Source: Alphaproteobacteria bacterium (GTDB lineage: Bacteria > Pseudomonadota > Alphaproteobacteria > UBA828). Taken from it: a stretch of 64,000 nt of DNA. Position numbers and translations under genes: made by a program. Under the pieces are notes generated by a model. The model ran no database searches and had not been told where the DNA came from. It saw only the letters and a program-made list of their open reading frames with translations. The first letter of the stretch is position 1; each line of letters begins with the position of its first letter. Of this stretch, positions 1 through 10,800 are shown piece by piece. The stretch lies in the NCBI GenBank assembly GCA_965237415.1, contig CBDEFM010000002.1, positions 1,248,001 through 1,312,000 of the forward strand, read 5' to 3'.

Positions 1-64
1 CGCCCACCAGCACGAAGAAGGCGCCGATGCCGATGCTGATCCAGCTCAGGATGTCGAGGATCAT
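1..64 (-). CDS. mnhG: Mrp/Mnh Na+/H+ antiporter subunit G (5' part, runs off the window edge)
   Basis: ATG at 64 overlaps the mnhF stop (ATGA); reads MILDILSWISIGIGAFFVLVG; follows mnhE-mnhF. Confidence 0.75.
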   Translation of the reverse strand, partial: MILDILSWISIGIGAFFVLVG

Positions 65-336
65 GGCGCGCCCTCGACGTCCTGCGCGCGCCTCCGCTTG
101 ATGTAGCGGAGCACCGCGATCGTGCCGATGAAGTTGATCAGCGCATAGACCAGCGCGATGTCGAGGAATTCCGGGCGGCCCATGAGGAAGCCCACCGCCG
201 CGATCAGCAGCACGGTCATGGTCCCGATCGCATTCACGCCGAGCACGCGGTCGTACACCGTCGGCCCCAGATACGCGCGAACCAGCGCGAGGAAGGTGGT
301 CACCACGAGCGCCGCGACGGCGGCGAGGAACATCAT
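61..336 (-). CDS. mnhF: Mrp/Mnh Na+/H+ antiporter subunit F
   Basis: 91 aa hydrophobic; GPTVYDRVL and DIALVYALINFIGT motifs. Confidence 0.9.
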   Translation of the reverse strand: MMFLAAVAALVVTTFLALVRAYLGPTVYDRVLGVNAIGTMTVLLIAAVGFLMGRPEFLDIALVYALINFIGTIAVLRYIKRRRAQDVEGAP

Positions 337-809
337 GACCGGCCCTCGACCGCCGTGACGCGGCGGTCCATATCGCTCGACTTCAGCTCGTCCATGCCGC
401 GCCGGGTGAGCGCGTGGACCTCGATGCCTTCGGCCGTCACCGACGTGGTGAGCGTGCCGGGCGTGAGCGTGATGGAGTTGGCGTAGATCACCTTGCCGAG
501 ATCTGTCTTCTGGCTCGACGGCACGGTCTCCAGCACCGGGTCGATGCGCAGGCGGGGCGACAGCACAATGCGACTGACCTTCACCGCCGAGACCAGAATC
601 TGGATCGCCAGCCAGGCCCAGTAGAGGGGGATGCGGTAGCCGAGATGAACGGGATGCCCCTCGTGGTCCACCACGTCCATGCGCATCGCCACCGCCACCG
701 CGAACGCCGCGCAGACGGCGCCGATCGCGAGCAGAAAGGGCGTGTAGTGACCGGACAATGCGAGCCAGAGCCCGTAGAGACCGGCGAACAGACTGAGCGC
801 GTGTCGCAC
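333..809 (-). CDS. mnhE: Mrp/Mnh Na+/H+ antiporter subunit E
   Basis: ANSITLTPGT motif; ATGA overlap with mnhF. Confidence 0.92.
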   Translation of the reverse strand: MRHALSLFAGLYGLWLALSGHYTPFLLAIGAVCAAFAVAVAMRMDVVDHEGHPVHLGYRIPLYWAWLAIQILVSAVKVSRIVLSPRLRIDPVLETVPSSQKTDLGKVIYANSITLTPGTLTTSVTAEGIEVHALTRRGMDELKSSDMDRRVTAVEGRS

Positions 810-943
810 GCGAATCCCTCGTGCGGAGCCGGGAGCGCCCGGATTATGCCCCTAGCGACGCGGCCCGCAACAAGGAATGCCCGCAACTGTCGTCCGGCAA
901 GCCGATCTGTCGCCTCCGGCCCTCAGCTTCGGCAGCGTGAGCG

Positions 944-1056
944 CCCCCACCTCTCCCCGGCCCTCTCCGCCCCCAGGGGCGGAGAGGGAGTCACGGGCGG
1001 CGCCTCCTGCGTCCCCCCTCCGCCCTTGGAGGAGGGGGACAGGGGGAGGTGGAGGC
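944..1056. repeat. REP-like double-hairpin intergenic palindrome (CCCTCTCC...GGAGAGGG type)
   Basis: CCCTCTCCGCCCC-a-GGGGCGGAGAGGG hairpin, then an imperfect second hairpin, with complementary outer arms CCACCTCTCCC / GGGGGAGGTGG. Confidence 0.7.
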
Positions 1057-1073
1057 AACGGTTCTGACTGTCC

Positions 1074-1588
1074 CTAGTCGTCAGCCTTGTTGTAGTCCCA
1101 GGTCAGCCAGTCCTGCGGCGTGATGGTCACGATCGTGCGGCCCTCGGCCATCACCGGCTCGGCGTACTTGTCCGCGTCCTCCGGCCCCAGCGCCTTCTTC
1201 AGAACTGCGACGGTGGCCTCGCGAATCAGCGCATCGTCCTGGGAGAGAGTGGCGTTGCCCCGGCACATGATCGCCCACGCTCCGGCGCCAAGACCCTGGG
1301 CGCCCTCGTCCACGCGCGGGTCGCGGTCGATCAGGATCGCCAGCGCGGGTCGCGGTCGATCAGGATCGAGACCCGCGGGTCCCGCGCCAGGTTCTTGAGG
1401 TGGATGCGGCCCGCGCCGAGGGTGAGCCGGAACACCTCGCCGTTCCAGTCGAACCAGATCGGCGTGAGGTGGATCATCCCGTCCTCGCGATAGCTCGCGA
1501 GCCGCGCCAGGGTGCCGGCCGCCAATCGCTCGTCGATTTCCGCCTTGGAGAGCGCGTTCTCAGGGGTTGCAGTGGTCTTCGAGCTCAT
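1074..1588 (-). pseudogene. Pyridoxamine 5'-phosphate oxidase (PPOX class, split-barrel flavin/F420-binding) family protein, frameshifted
   Basis: N-part MSSK...TPIWFDW...KNLARDPRVSILID (1331-1588) and C-part (1074-1313) are in different frames; removing a 29-nt duplication at 1314-1368 gives one 161-aa ORF. Confidence 0.8.
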
Positions 1589-1756
1589 GGTCTCTCCCGC
1601 TGTCGCTTGTTGCCGGCGGGCGGGCGCCCGGCCGATGATGGGCGGCGATGATAGCGGCCGGCCCTCTTGATCGGAAGGCGCCGCGATCCTTGCCGGGCGC
1701 CGGCCGATGGGCGAGGCTCGCGCCCGGCCTCTGGCGTGTGAAGGAGAGATAAGGGC

Positions 1757-2875
1757 ATGGCATCGTCGCCGGAACGCCCACGCACGGACTACGGCAGCGC
1801 CGGCGTCGACGCCGACGCCGTCGAAGCGGGGCTCGCCGGCCTCGTCCGCCACGTCCGCGCCACATGGCCGGATGCCGACAGCGGCCTCGGCGCGATCAAG
1901 GTCGGCCTCGGCTATTTCGCGAGCGTCCTCGATTTCGGCGGCGTCGGAGTCGCCGTCTGCACCGACGGGATCGGCACCAAGGCGCTGATCGCGCAGATGA
2001 CGGGCCGCTACGACACCGTCGGCATCGACTGCGTGGCGATGAACGTCAACGACCTCATCTGTGTCGGCGCGCGGCCCATCACGCTGGTCGACTACGTCGC
2101 CGTCGAGCGCGCGGAGCCCGCGATGCTGGCGGCGATAGGCGCGGGCCTCGCGGAAGGCGCGCGGCAGGCCGGCGTCTCCATCGCGGGCGGCGAGATCGCC
2201 GCGATGCCAGACGTCATCAAGGGCGCGGTGCCGGACGCGGGGTTCGACCTGGCGGGGACCGCCGTCGGGCGCGTGGCGCTCGACGCGGTCAATACCGGGG
2301 CCCACGTGCGGCCGGGAGACAGCATCGTCGGCATCGCCAGCAGCGGCATCCACAGCAACGGCCTGACCCTGGCCCGGCGGGTCTTCTTCGAGACGGCAGG
2401 CCTCACCGTCGCCGACTGCGTGGACGAGCTCGGCGAGACCGTCGGCGAGGCGCTGCTCCGCCCCACCCACATCTATGTCCGCGAGGCGCTGGACCTGCTG
2501 GCCGAAGTGCCGGTGCACGCGCTGGTTCACATCACCGGCGACGGGTTCCTCAATCTGACCCGAATCGAGGCGCGGGTCGGCATGAAGCTCGACGCGCTGC
2601 CTGCGCCGCCGCCGGTCTTCACGGTCCTCCAGCGACTGGGCGGGATCGAGGACGCGGAGATGTACCGCGTCTTCAACATGGGCATCGGCTTCTGCGTCAT
2701 CGTGCCGGCTCGGCACGAGGCCCGCGCCGTCGCCATCCTCGGCGCGCACGGCAAGGCGTGCCAGCGGATCGGGACGGTGGTGGACGACGCGGACGAACGC
2801 GTGTGGATCGAGCAGGCGGGGCTGGTCGGCCGAGCGGGCCAGGGCTTTGCGGAGGAGCGCCCCGGCCCGGCCTAG
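1757..2875 (+). CDS. purM: Phosphoribosylformylglycinamidine cyclo-ligase
   Basis: DYGSAGVD, TDGIGTK, DCVAMNVND, SSGIHSNG, HITGDG, FNMGIG motifs. Confidence 0.96.
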   Translation: MASSPERPRTDYGSAGVDADAVEAGLAGLVRHVRATWPDADSGLGAIKVGLGYFASVLDFGGVGVAVCTDGIGTKALIAQMTGRYDTVGIDCVAMNVNDLICVGARPITLVDYVAVERAEPAMLAAIGAGLAEGARQAGVSIAGGEIAAMPDVIKGAVPDAGFDLAGTAVGRVALDAVNTGAHVRPGDSIVGIASSGIHSNGLTLARRVFFETAGLTVADCVDELGETVGEALLRPTHIYVREALDLLAEVPVHALVHITGDGFLNLTRIEARVGMKLDALPAPPPVFTVLQRLGGIEDAEMYRVFNMGIGFCVIVPARHEARAVAILGAHGKACQRIGTVVDDADERVWIEQAGLVGRAGQGFAEERPGPA

Positions 2876-3111
2876 CCCGGACCATGGTGCGCTGCACGGC
2901 GCCCCCGACACGTCATGGCCGGACTCGTTCCGGCCATCCACGTGTTTGCCCAGCGTCCGGCGGGCCTGGCTCTGGGGATGCCCGGAACAAGTCCGGGCAT
3001 GACGGCGTGTGGGAGTGGTCGGTCGGAGAGACCGCGCGCCGGCCCGACAACATGCAAACGAACTTCGGAAACGGGACACGAGCCCGGACCATGGTGCGGT
3101 GCACGGCGCCC
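2874..3111 (+). repeat. 31-bp direct repeat (2874-2904, 3081-3111) flanking a REP-doublet insert
   Basis: AGCCCGGACCATGGTGCG(C/G)TGCACGGCGCCC occurs twice with 1 mismatch, 176 bp apart. Confidence 0.85.
2911..3077. repeat. REP doublet (GTCATGGCCGG...CCGGCCATCCACG type) plus tail, family B copy 1
   Basis: Inverted pair CGTCATGGCCGGACTCGTTCCGGCCATCC / GGATGCCCGGAACAAGTCCGGGCATGACG; tail GGCGTGTGGGA...AACGAACTTCGGAAAC shared with 33468-33539. Confidence 0.85.
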
Positions 3112-3472
3112 GGCGTCCGTGCCAGGATCGCGCGATGCAGCAATCACGCTCCCGCGCGCGTATCCGCGCGACGCAACGCGAGAGCGAGCGGGAATCGGCA
3201 GGCGGAGTGAGAAGGCGCGCGCGACCTCATATTCCGCGCCCACGACCTTTCAGGCGTGGGCGACATCCCGCGGGCACGACCCTATGTGACGCGCGCGTGT
3301 CCTTTCTGGCACGCGCGACGCGGGCGTGCGGGACTCTTGATTCCGCGCCCGCGACCTTTCAGGCGCGGGCGACATCCCACTTATCCCACTTATCCCACTT
3401 ATCCCACTTATCCCACTTATCCCACTTATCCCACTTAATCCCACTTAATCCCGGCGAATCCCGCTTGGAATT
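3081..3472 (+). repeat. Dispersed repeat family A copy 1, with (ATCCCACTT)7+1 tandem tail
   Basis: Homologous to 32920-33249 (+) and 18203-18464 (-); seven perfect 9-mers at 3374-3436, then AATCCCACTTAATCCCGGCGAATCCC. Confidence 0.88.
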
Positions 3473-3552
3473 AAATGTGTATCCGTCCCGCCGCGTTCTT
3501 CGGACCGCTCCCGGCGGAGCGAACGCTCGAGCGCCTCGGCGAGACTCGCGAC

Positions 3553-4170
3553 CTAATCGTGGGAGAAGATGTCCACCTCGGGCCAGCCCTCGAGATCGAG
3601 CCGGGCACGGTCGGGCAGGAAGGCGAAGCAGGCCTGCGCGAGCTCGACCCGCCCTTCGCGGGCCAACATCGCGTCGAGCTTCTCCTTGAGCGCGTGCAGG
3701 TGGAGAACGTCGTTCGCGGCGTACTCGAGCTGGCTTCGGGAGAGCGCGTCCGCGCCCCAGTCAGACGACTGCTGCTGCTTCGATATCTCGACGCCGAGCA
3801 GGTCGCGGCAGAGGTCCTTGAGGCCGTGGCGGTCGGTGAAGGTGCGCGAGAGCCGCGAGGCGATCTTGGTGCAATAGACCGGCCCGCAGCGGACGCTGAG
3901 CGCGTGCTCGAGCACGGCGATGTCGAAGCGGGCGAAGTGGAAGATCTTCAGCACCGTCTCGTCGGTCAGCAGCTTCGCCAGATACGGCGCGTCGATGGGC
4001 TCGCCCGGCGGAAACTGGACCAGATGGCAGTCGCCATCGCCGCGCGAGAGCTGAACCAGGCAGAGCCGGTCGCGATGCGGGTTGAGGCCCATCGTCTCGG
4101 TGTCGATCGCCACCGCATCGCCGAAGGTGAGCCCCGGCGGCAGGTCGCCGCGATGCAAGTGCTGAGCCAT
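3553..4170 (-). CDS. rnd: Ribonuclease D-like 3'-5' exonuclease (short DEDDy form)
   Basis: AIDTETMGL, FHFARFDIA, QQSSDWG, YAANDV motifs. Confidence 0.88.
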   Translation of the reverse strand: MAQHLHRGDLPPGLTFGDAVAIDTETMGLNPHRDRLCLVQLSRGDGDCHLVQFPPGEPIDAPYLAKLLTDETVLKIFHFARFDIAVLEHALSVRCGPVYCTKIASRLSRTFTDRHGLKDLCRDLLGVEISKQQQSSDWGADALSRSQLEYAANDVLHLHALKEKLDAMLAREGRVELAQACFAFLPDRARLDLEGWPEVDIFSHD

Positions 4171-4181
4171 GGCGTGCTGCC

Positions 4182-4252
4182 TAGCCCGGAACTCTCGCCA
4201 GGGTCAACGTCTGCGCGACGCAGGCCGTGACATTGGTGAGAAATCCGGGCTA
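4182..4252. repeat. 71-bp imperfect palindrome TAGCCCGGA...TCCGGGCTA (MITE/ERIC-like), family C
   Basis: Right arm 4219-4252 is identical (34/34) to 60834-60867 and related to 31844-31877. Confidence 0.8.
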
Positions 4253-4296
4253 ATAGTCGTGGCGCGTCAACGGCAAGGGCAGCGAGCGGGGCCCAC

Positions 4297-5298
4297 GTGC
4301 GTATCGTCACAATCTTCGGCGGCAGCGGGTTCCTCGGGCGCCATATCGTCCAGCGCCTCGCGCATGAGGGCTACGGCATCCGCGTCGCGACCCGGCGGCC
4401 GGAACTCGCCGGATTCCTGCGGCCTTGCGGCGATGTCGGCCAGATCGTTCCGGTTCAGGCCAACGTGCGCGACGAGGCGTCGATCCGCCGTGCCGTCGCC
4501 GGGGCAGACGCGGTGATCAATCTCACCGGCATCCTCTACGAGCGCGGCCGGCAGACCTTCTACGCCGTCCACGTGGCATCGGCCGAGCGCATCGCGCGTG
4601 CAGCGGCAGATGCCGGCGCCTCTCATCTGCTGCACGTGTCTGCGATCGGTGCCGATGCGGCCTCGCCCTCGGACTACGCACGCTCCAAGGCGGCCGGCGA
4701 GGCAGCCGTCAGGGAGGCGTTCCCCACTGCCACCGTGTTCAGGCCGAGCCTTGTGTTCGGGCCGGAAGACGAGTTCTTCAATCGCTTCGCGTCCATCGTG
4801 CGCCTGGTTCCGGTTCTGCCGGTGTTCTTCGACGGGCTGCCGAAGATGAAGCTGGATGGGCTTTTCCTCACGCCCGAGTTCGTCGCGGGCACGACGCTAT
4901 TTCAGCCGGTCTTCGTGGGGGACATCGCCGAGGCCACCCAGCGGGCGCTGGCCGGCGAGGCGGCGCAGGGCAAGACCTACGAGCTCGGCGGCCCCTCGGT
5001 CTACAGCTATGCCGAGCTGATGGCGCTGGTCGCACGCGAGACCGGCCGAAAGGCAATTCTGGCCCCGGTACCGTTCTTCGCCGCGGCGGTGATGGCCAAG
5101 TTCCTTCAGTTTGCGCCGGTGCCGCCGCTGACGCCGGACCAGGTGACGCTGCTCCGGATCGACAATGTCGCCTCGGCGGACGCGCCGGGCCTCGCCGATC
5201 TCGGTGTCAGCGCGACGGCGGCGGAGCTCATCCTGCCGACGTACTTGCGGGACCATCGCCGCGGCGGTAGCGAATCGACGCCGGTGGCCGAAGCCTGA
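4297..5298 (+). CDS. Complex I NDUFA9-like NAD-dependent epimerase/dehydratase
   Basis: TIFGGSGFLG, YARSK, RPSLVFGPEDEFFNRFA motifs. Confidence 0.9.
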   Translation: MRIVTIFGGSGFLGRHIVQRLAHEGYGIRVATRRPELAGFLRPCGDVGQIVPVQANVRDEASIRRAVAGADAVINLTGILYERGRQTFYAVHVASAERIARAAADAGASHLLHVSAIGADAASPSDYARSKAAGEAAVREAFPTATVFRPSLVFGPEDEFFNRFASIVRLVPVLPVFFDGLPKMKLDGLFLTPEFVAGTTLFQPVFVGDIAEATQRALAGEAAQGKTYELGGPSVYSYAELMALVARETGRKAILAPVPFFAAAVMAKFLQFAPVPPLTPDQVTLLRIDNVASADAPGLADLGVSATAAELILPTYLRDHRRGGSESTPVAEA

Positions 5299-5323
5299 GA
5301 CCCGCGCGCCGCGCGGGCGCCCA

Positions 5324-6133
5324 TCAAGCCAGGTAATGGAGCCAGACGAGCACCGCCCCGCCCAACAGCAGGCGGTAGATGACGAACGGCGTGAAACTCA
5401 CACGCCGGAGCAGGGCGAGCAGCACCGCTATTGCAACGAGCGCCACGAGGAACGAGAGGGCTGCGGCCAGCGCTGCGTTCGCGGTGACGATGGGGTCCCC
5501 CTGGCTCCAGACCTCGTAGCCGGCCACCGCGCCGCTCGCCCCGATGACCGGGATCGACATGAGCATGGAGAAGCGCGCCGCCTCCGGCCGCTCGTAGCCG
5601 AGCCAGCGGGCGGCGGTCATGGTGACGCCCGAGCGGCTGGCGCCGGGAATGAGGGCGAGCACCTGGAAAAGGCCGATCAAGAACGCGTGGCCGAGCGACA
5701 TGTGCTCGACGCGCCGGACCGTGAGCCCGATGCGATCGGCGCCATAGAGCAGAAACCCGAAACCGATCGTCGCCCAGGCGACCACCGCCGGATCGCGGAG
5801 CACCGTGTGCCCCATCACGTAGAGCACGCCACCGGCAACGATGACCGGAACGGCGGAGACGATCAGGTAGAAGCCGAGGGCCCGGCCCAGGCGCCGGTCA
5901 TGCCGCCGCCAGTGCCCGCCGATCCAGCCGAGGACCATGTGCCAGAGATCGCGCGAGAAATAGACCAGCACCGCCGCCAGCGTGCCGACGTGGACCGCCA
6001 CGTCCATGATCAGCCCCTGGTCCTGCCAGCCGGTGACGAGCGGCACCAGCACGAGATGCCCGGACGAGCTCACCGGCAGAAACTCGGTGATGCCCTGGAT
6101 GATCGTGAGGACGGCGATATGGAGGAACGGCAC
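5324..6133 (-). CDS. uppP: Undecaprenyl-diphosphate phosphatase
   Basis: QGITEFLPVSSSGHL and PGASRSG motifs. Confidence 0.96.
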   Translation of the reverse strand: MPFLHIAVLTIIQGITEFLPVSSSGHLVLVPLVTGWQDQGLIMDVAVHVGTLAAVLVYFSRDLWHMVLGWIGGHWRRHDRRLGRALGFYLIVSAVPVIVAGGVLYVMGHTVLRDPAVVAWATIGFGFLLYGADRIGLTVRRVEHMSLGHAFLIGLFQVLALIPGASRSGVTMTAARWLGYERPEAARFSMLMSIPVIGASGAVAGYEVWSQGDPIVTANAALAAALSFLVALVAIAVLLALLRRVSFTPFVIYRLLLGGAVLVWLHYLA

Positions 6134-6346
6134 GGCCGCGCTGCTCTGTCGAAAGCGGCCGATTCGCCGCCGCCGCGCTTATACCACTACGGGACCGATG
6201 AGGGACAGAATTGGACGCTCGTTTCATAGTCGCAGTTCGGTCCTAATTTGGGTGGCAAGCGTGACTCAGTTCGCTTGCCGCAGATGCCGATACGGCGCCA
6301 CTGGAAACTTTCAGACAGCCATTCTGCCCTATTGGCGCCGAATTGC

Positions 6347-6376
6347 TTGGCGTGACCGACCGCTTGCGGCTATAGT
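6347..6376 (+). promoter_or_regulatory. Possible sigma70 promoter for gltDB
   Basis: TTGGCG-N18-TATAGT about 70 nt upstream of the gltD start; motif match only. Confidence 0.3.
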
Positions 6377-6444
6377 GGGAGCGATCGGAGGTGGAGGGTG
6401 CGCGGCAGCCCCGCCCGTACACCGAGACGCCAGGGAGAGAGCGC

Positions 6445-7893
6445 GTGGGCACAGAAATGCTCAAGTTCGTGACGCTCGGGCAGCAGCATCCGGACAAGCG
6501 CGCGCCGGCGCTCCGCCGCCGCGACTGGGGGGAGGTCTACGGCGACTTCCGCCCCGAGGCTGCAGCCGACCAGGCCGCCCGCTGCTCTCAGTGCGGGGTG
6601 CCCTTCTGTCAGATTCACTGCCCGGTCTCGAACAACATCCCCGACTGGCTGATGCTGACGGCCGAGGGACGGCTGGAAGAAGCCTACGAGATTTCGTCGG
6701 CGACCAACAACATGCCGGAGATTTGCGGCCGCATCTGCCCGCAAGACCGCCTCTGCGAAGGCAACTGCGTGATCGAAAAGGGTTTCGAGTCGGTCACCAT
6801 CGGCGCCGTGGAGCGCTACATCACCGACACGGCGTTCCAGAACGGCTGGGTGAAGCCGCCGCAGCCCAGGGTCGAACGGCCGCAGTCGGTCGGGATCGTC
6901 GGCGCGGGGCCGGGCGGAATGACGGTCGCCGAGGAGCTGCGCCGCCTCGGCTATCAGGTCCACATCTACGACCGCTATGACCGGGTCGGCGGGCTGCTGA
7001 TCTACGGGATTCCGAACTTCAAGCTGGATAAGTCCATCGTTGGGCGCCGGGCCGATCTGCTCGTCGAGGGCGGCGTGCACATGCACCTCAATGTCGAGGT
7101 CGGGCGCGACTGCTCGCTTGCCGAGCTGCACGCACGGCACGATGCGATAGTGATCGCGACCGGCGCCTACAAGGCACGCAACATGTCCGTTCCGGGGATC
7201 GGCCTCGGCAACATCTTCCAGGCGATGGACTACCTCACCGCGAGCAACCGCAAGGGATTGGGCGATGAGGTGCCGGCCTTCGACGACGGCACCCTCGACG
7301 CCGAAGGCAAGAACGTCGTTGTCGTCGGCGGCGGCGACACGGCGATGGACTGCGTGCGCACGGCGGTGCGCCAGGGGGCGCGCTCGGTGCGCTGCCTCTA
7401 CCGCCGCGACCGCGCGAACATGCCGGGCTCGATGCAGGAGGTCAGGCACGCCGAGGAGGAGGGCGTCGAGTTCGTCTGGCTCTCGGCGCCGGAGGCCGTG
7501 CTCGGCAACACCGACGTCGAGGGCGTGCGCGCAGTGCGCATTCATCTCGGCGTCGCCGATGCCAGCGGCCGCCAGATCCCCCAGCCAATTCCGGGCTCGA
7601 GCTATTCCGTCGACGCCGATCTGCTCATCAAGGCGCTCGGCTTCGACCCTGAAGATCTACCGGCGATGTTCGGCGAGCCCGGGCTTGAGACGACGCGTTG
7701 GGGCACGCTGCTCATCGACTGGCGCACCATGATGACGAACCTCGACGGCGTCTTCGCCATCGGCGACATCGTGCGTGGCGCCTCGCTGGTCGTCTGGGCG
7801 ATCAAGGACGGGCGGGACGCCGCACGCTCCATTCACCGCTATATCCAAGTGGGAGCGGATGAAGGCGCCGTCGTGAGGGAGGCCGCGGCATGA
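6445..7893 (+). CDS. gltD: Glutamate synthase small subunit
   Basis: CSQCGVPFCQIHCP, CGRICPQDRLCE, GGGDTAMDC motifs; start GTG 6445 or ATG 6457. Confidence 0.95.
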   Translation: MGTEMLKFVTLGQQHPDKRAPALRRRDWGEVYGDFRPEAAADQAARCSQCGVPFCQIHCPVSNNIPDWLMLTAEGRLEEAYEISSATNNMPEICGRICPQDRLCEGNCVIEKGFESVTIGAVERYITDTAFQNGWVKPPQPRVERPQSVGIVGAGPGGMTVAEELRRLGYQVHIYDRYDRVGGLLIYGIPNFKLDKSIVGRRADLLVEGGVHMHLNVEVGRDCSLAELHARHDAIVIATGAYKARNMSVPGIGLGNIFQAMDYLTASNRKGLGDEVPAFDDGTLDAEGKNVVVVGGGDTAMDCVRTAVRQGARSVRCLYRRDRANMPGSMQEVRHAEEEGVEFVWLSAPEAVLGNTDVEGVRAVRIHLGVADASGRQIPQPIPGSSYSVDADLLIKALGFDPEDLPAMFGEPGLETTRWGTLLIDWRTMMTNLDGVFAIGDIVRGASLVVWAIKDGRDAARSIHRYIQVGADEGAVVREAAA

Positions 7894-10800
7894 GCGATCG
7901 CAAGCACCCTCCCCTCGCCCAACCGATGGTGCTGAGCGGCGGCCTCTATGATCCCAGTTTCGAGCACGATTCGTGCGGAGTCGGACTGATCGCCTCGCTC
8001 GATGGCACACCGCGACGCGATGTGGTCGAGGCCGGCATCGCGGCGCTCAAGGCGGTGTGGCACCGGGGCGCGGTCGATGCCGACGGCAAGACCGGCGACG
8101 GCGCCGGCATTCACGTCGAGATTCCGCAGGACTTCTTCAGGGAGCATGTGGAGGCGACCGGCCAGGGGACCAAGGGCGGGCGGCTGGCCGTCGGCATGGT
8201 GTTTCTGCCCAAGACCGATCTCGGCGCGCAGGACCTCTGCCGCAGCATCGTAGAGACGGAGATTCTCCGCTTCGGCCACGGCATCCAGGGTTGGCGCCAG
8301 GTGCCGATCGATTCGTCGGTGATCGGAGAGAAGGCGAATGCCAGCCGGCCGGAGATCGAGCAGGTCATGGTCGACAACGAGCGCGGCGTCGATGACGATC
8401 AGTTCGAGATCGACCTCTACATCATCCGCCGGCGCATCGAGAAACAGGTCCTCGACCACCACATCACCGGTTTCTACATCTGCTCGCTCTCGTCCCGCTC
8501 GCTCATCTACAAGGGGATGTTCCTGGCCGAGCAGCTCACGGCGTTCTATCCGGACCTGCTGGACGAGCGCTTCGTGTCGCGCTTCGCGATCTTCCACCAG
8601 CGCTATTCGACCAACACCTTCCCCACCTGGCGCCTGGCGCAGCCCTTCCGAATGCTCGCCCACAACGGCGAGATCAACACGGTACGCGGCAACAAGAACT
8701 GGATGGCGAGCCACGAAACGCGGGCCGCCAGCGACGTGTTCGGCGCCCACAACAACGAGCTCTTTCCGCTGATCGAGCCGGACACCTCGGACTCGATGGC
8801 GCTCGACGCCGTGCTCGAGGGCGTGGTGCGGGCCGGCCGTTCCGTGCCGGCGGCCTATAGCCTGCTCATCCCGGACGCCTGGTCCAAGAAGCAGGACATG
8901 CCGGCCAACCACCGTGCGTTCTACAACTTCTGCAACTGCGTGATGGAGCCCTGGGACGGCCCGGCGGCGGTCGCCGCAACCGACGGGGCCTGGATTCTGG
9001 CCGGGATGGACCGCAACGGCCTCCGCCCGATGCGCTATAGCGTCACGGCCGGCGGCATGCTCGTCGTCGGCTCCGAGACCGGCATGGTCCCGATCCCGCC
9101 CGAGCAGATCGTCGAGAACGGCCGGCTCGGCCCCGGTCAGCTCATCTGCGTCGATCTTGCCGAGGGTCGCCTCTATCACGACCGCGAAATCAAGGACATG
9201 CTCGCCGAGGCCAAGCCCTACGCGTCATGGGTCGCCGACGTGGTGGACGGCAGCGCCCTCGTCGGGGGCCGGACGGAGCCCCGCATGTTCTCGCGCGACG
9301 AGCTCCGCCGGCGCCAGCGCATGGTGGGCTATTCCATGGAAGAGCTCGAACTGGTGCTCCATCCCATGGTGGAGGCCGGCAAGGAGCCGACCGGCTCGAT
9401 GGGCGACGACACGCCGCTCGCCGTGCTCTCCGGCCAGTATCGGGGCCTGCACTACTACTTTCGCCAGATGTTCGCGCAGGTGACCAATCCGCCGATCGAT
9501 TCCTTGCGCGAATACAGCGTCATGAGCCTGCTCACGCGGCTCGGCAGCATGGGCAATATCTTCGCCGACGAGCCCGAGCAAACCGCGTTCCTGCAGCTCG
9601 ATTCGCCGATCCTCACCAACGGCGAGTTCGCGGGCCTGATCGAGCATCTGGACGACAAGGCGGTGTGGATCGACTGCACCTTCGACGCCGCCCCCGGCCG
9701 CGAGCGGCTCACCGAGGCGATCGAGCAGATCCGCGGGCAGGCGGAGGAGGCGGTGCGCGGCGGCGCCACCCACCTCATCCTCACCGACGAGCATGTCTCG
9801 GAGGAGCGCGCGCCGATCCCCATGATCCTGGCGGCCGGCGGCGTGCACAGCCACCTGGTGCGCCAGCGGCTCAGGACCTTCACGTCGATCAACGTGCGCG
9901 CCGCCGAGTGCCTGGACGTGCACTATTTCGCCGTCCTCATCGGAGTCGGCACGACCACGATCAACCCCTATGTCGCGCTGGAAAGCCTGGCCGACAGGCA
10001 GGAGCGCGGGCTCTTCGGCAACCGCAGTTTGGCGGACTGCGAGGAGCGCTACCGCAGTGCCGTCGATGCAGGGCTCCTCAAGATCCTCTCGAAGATGGGC
10101 ATCTCGGTGCTGAGCTCATACCGGAGCGGCTACAACTTCGAGGCCGTCGGCCTCAGCCGGGCATTGGTCGCCGATTTCTTCCCCGGCATGACGGCGCGCC
10201 TCTCCGGCATCGGGCTCAGCGGCATCAAGCGCCGCGTGCTTCTCCAGCACCGCAAGGCCTATGAGGAGAGCCCGGTCGTGCTGCCGGTGGGCGGCCTCCT
10301 CAAGTACCGCCGGTCGGGCGAGGTGCACGCCTTCGACGGGCCGCTTATCCACATGCTCCAGTCGGCTCTCGCGACCGATTCCTACGCGACCTACAAGAAG
10401 TTTGCCGAAGGCGTCTACGCGTTGCCGCCGATCCAGATACGCAACCTCCTCGGCTTCAAGACCGAGAGGCCGGCGATCGGGCTCGAGGAAGTGGAATCGA
10501 TCACCCAGATCCGCAAGCGCTTCAGCAGCGGCAGCATGTCGCACGGGGCGCTCTCCAAGGAGGCGCACGAGACCCTCGCCATCGCGATGAACAGGATCGG
10601 CGCGGCGTCCTGCAGCGGCGAGGGCGGCGAGGCGCGCGAGCGCTTCGAGCCGCGCGACAACGGCGACAACGCATCGTCTGCGACCAAGCAAATCGCCTCC
10701 GCCCGCTTTGGCGTGACCGCGGAGTACCTGAACCACTGCCGCGAGATCGAGATCAAGATGGCCCAGGGGGCGAAGCCCGGCGAAGGCGGCCAGCTGCCGG

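Noticed and set aside
1331-3079. 582-aa minus-strand ORF
   Set aside because: Mostly the antisense shadow of purM plus repeat DNA; only the last 85 codons belong to the PPOX gene.
3374-3452. ATCCCACTT array (and the 27-bp x3 array at 32987-33066) as a CRISPR array
   Set aside because: Units are head-to-tail with no unique spacers, and no cas genes are in the window.
3009-3689. ORFs with SHL/PTY/GIS peptide repeats (also 17888-18691 and 32854-33309)
   Set aside because: They are translations of the non-coding family A repeat; frames and starts are not conserved between copies.
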